Assembly (NCBI RefSeq): GCF_902713615.1
Contig: NC_052146.1
Span: forward strand, 197,737,199 to 197,801,198
DNA: 64,000 bases
DNA from: Scyliorhinus canicula
Taxonomy: Eukaryota
Direction of reading: 5' to 3'
Under the pieces are notes generated by a model. It was not told the DNA's origin. It did no database searches and worked only from the letters and a program-made list of their open reading frames with translations. Shown one piece after another: positions 62,370 to 64,000 of the stretch. The position numbers and the translations under genes are program-made. How positions within the stretch are numbered: the stretch's first letter is position 1; the number at the start of each line of letters is the position of its first letter.

Positions 62370-62845
62370 TTCACAGAATCACAGAAAAATACAGTGTAGA
62401 AAAGGCCCTTCAGCCCATCGAATCTGCACCGCCACATGAAAGGCACCTGATCTGCCAATCACAATCCCATTTGCCAGCACGTGGCCCATAGCCTTGAATG
62501 TTATGACATGCCAAGTTCTCATCCAGGTACTTTTGAAAGGATGTGAGGCAACCCGTCTCTACCACCCTCCAGGCAGTGCATTACAGACCGTCACCACCCT
62601 CTGGATAAAAATGTTTTCCTCAAAGACCCCCCGAATGCCCCACCCCTCACCTTGAACATGTGTCCCCTCGTAACCGACCCTTCAACTAAGGGGAACAGTT
62701 GTTCCCTATCCACCCTGTTCATGCTCCTCATAATCTTGTACACCTCGATCAGGTCACCCCTCAGTTCTGCTCCACTGAAAACAACCCAAGCCTATCCAAC
62801 ATCTCTTCATAACTAAAATGTTCCATCCCAGGCAACATCCTGGTA
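62370..62845 (-). mobile_element. CR1 3' fragment, tail-to-tail with the preceding CR1
   Basis: Reverse strand RMLPGME.FSYEE; (TTCTGTGA)n end. Confidence 0.8.
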
Positions 62846-64000
62846 ATATAATTATATAATTTCAGTAATCCTAAACGCAACATTTTATCATTTTAGAACT
62901 TTAAAGTACATGTATGCTTTTCTAATCAACAATTTAAAGTATTATTGTGAAGTACGTTTTTGTACAGTACATTGCTTTGTGCAATTATCATAAACATTCT
63001 TGAATTAAGCATGGAAGTGTTCTAAAGTATGCGTCAGAACGATATTGTCACATCAGAATTATTATAATTTGTCTGACATCCGCACACAAAAAGTAATGAG
63101 ACACATATTGTGTGCCTAGAAAATGCACCAACTGTGCCAAGTGTCAATAGAAGAGAAATAAATTGGACCAGGCTACATTGATAAATCATGAATTAAAGCA
63201 GCTAGAATATAATATTCTTAATTAATCCGACCCAATTAATGGTTCTTCATTTCTTGAAGTGATTAATTATTGACTAGTTGAAGGACAAATTGGTAGGTAT
63301 CTTCTTTGAAGTTGCACACAGGGAATGAATAGCAAGTGTAGCCCAAAAATGAATCGTGGTAGGTGGCAAGGGATAATTGGATAAAGCAGACAAATTTCAA
63401 TACTTGTTATACAGTCACACATTCTGAATTTATTCTAACGTAATTTGATTTCTTATTTATAGTTAAACATAATTTGATTTTGTATTTATAGTTAAGTAGC
63501 CATTTGCGAAATGGAGCTGGATGAAGCAAAGACATTTCTTTACAGTGATGGTTGAGCAACTGGAAGCAAATAACTGAGGTCCTACAGGGACACTGGTCGC
63601 AGAAGAGTGCAATTACAATGTGACAAGATTTCACAGCCAGCTTCCATTCTAATTGGAATTTAGAAAAGGATAGGCTGATGTAAGCATTTGACAAATATGG
63701 CAACAGGAAGTAAGGTTTTGCCAACAGGAATATTGTGCGTATGGTAATCAGATGGAGTTTTAAGTGATTCAAATTTGTATTGTTAAATATTAGAAGACAG
63801 TTTTAAGTGGGTTTAATTTAATTTTGCTGTGTAAGGAAGGGTAAACCTATTGTATGATTCATGCTAGACAAAGATGTTTACATCAAGGTTTTGGTTTCAG
63901 ATAAAATGGTGCTTCTATTGTGCTTAGAGTGGGTTATGGCGTGAAAAATAATCAAGATTCTAAAAAGTAGACTTTTGTTATGCTCTTGACGTAGCATAAG

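Noticed and set aside
1-64000. CRISPR arrays, operons, rRNA or other prokaryotic systems
   Set aside because: Vertebrate intronic DNA; no regularly spaced repeats or rRNA-like sequence seen

Overview
Eukaryotic, repeat-rich genomic DNA; the repeat families (V-SINE/HE1-type SINEs, DeuSINE-like copy, CR1, L1, Penelope) point to a cartilaginous fish such as a catshark (inference). The window lies inside a minus-strand gene I recognise as RALGAPA2 (Ral GTPase-activating protein alpha-2). Five coding exons equivalent to exons 2-6 (55182-55292, 49146-49195, 12934-12991, 4444-4487, 1111-1288) have canonical GT-AG ends and splice into one continuous 147-codon frame. The 36-kb intron between exons 3 and 4 holds: a full-length, probably intact L1 (21108-28990, 15-bp TSD) with a young antisense CR1 in its inter-ORF spacer; a second L1 (36201-39406, 13-bp TSD) with two different ORF1s in tandem and no RT; a Penelope fragment; a solo LTR; MITEs; and many SINEs. 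Strongest leads: (1) the double-ORF1, RT-less L1; (2) a ~310-bp inverted-repeat element with a minimal hammerhead core in each arm, just upstream of exon 3; (3) a decayed duplicate of exon 3 that keeps AG/GT ends (candidate poison exon); (4) a V-SINE subfamily that appears to have switched from a CR1 tail to L1-type mobilisation; (5) several short-range templated insertions forming foldbacks; (6) a candidate recursive splice site. No searches were run; family names come from motif recognition.
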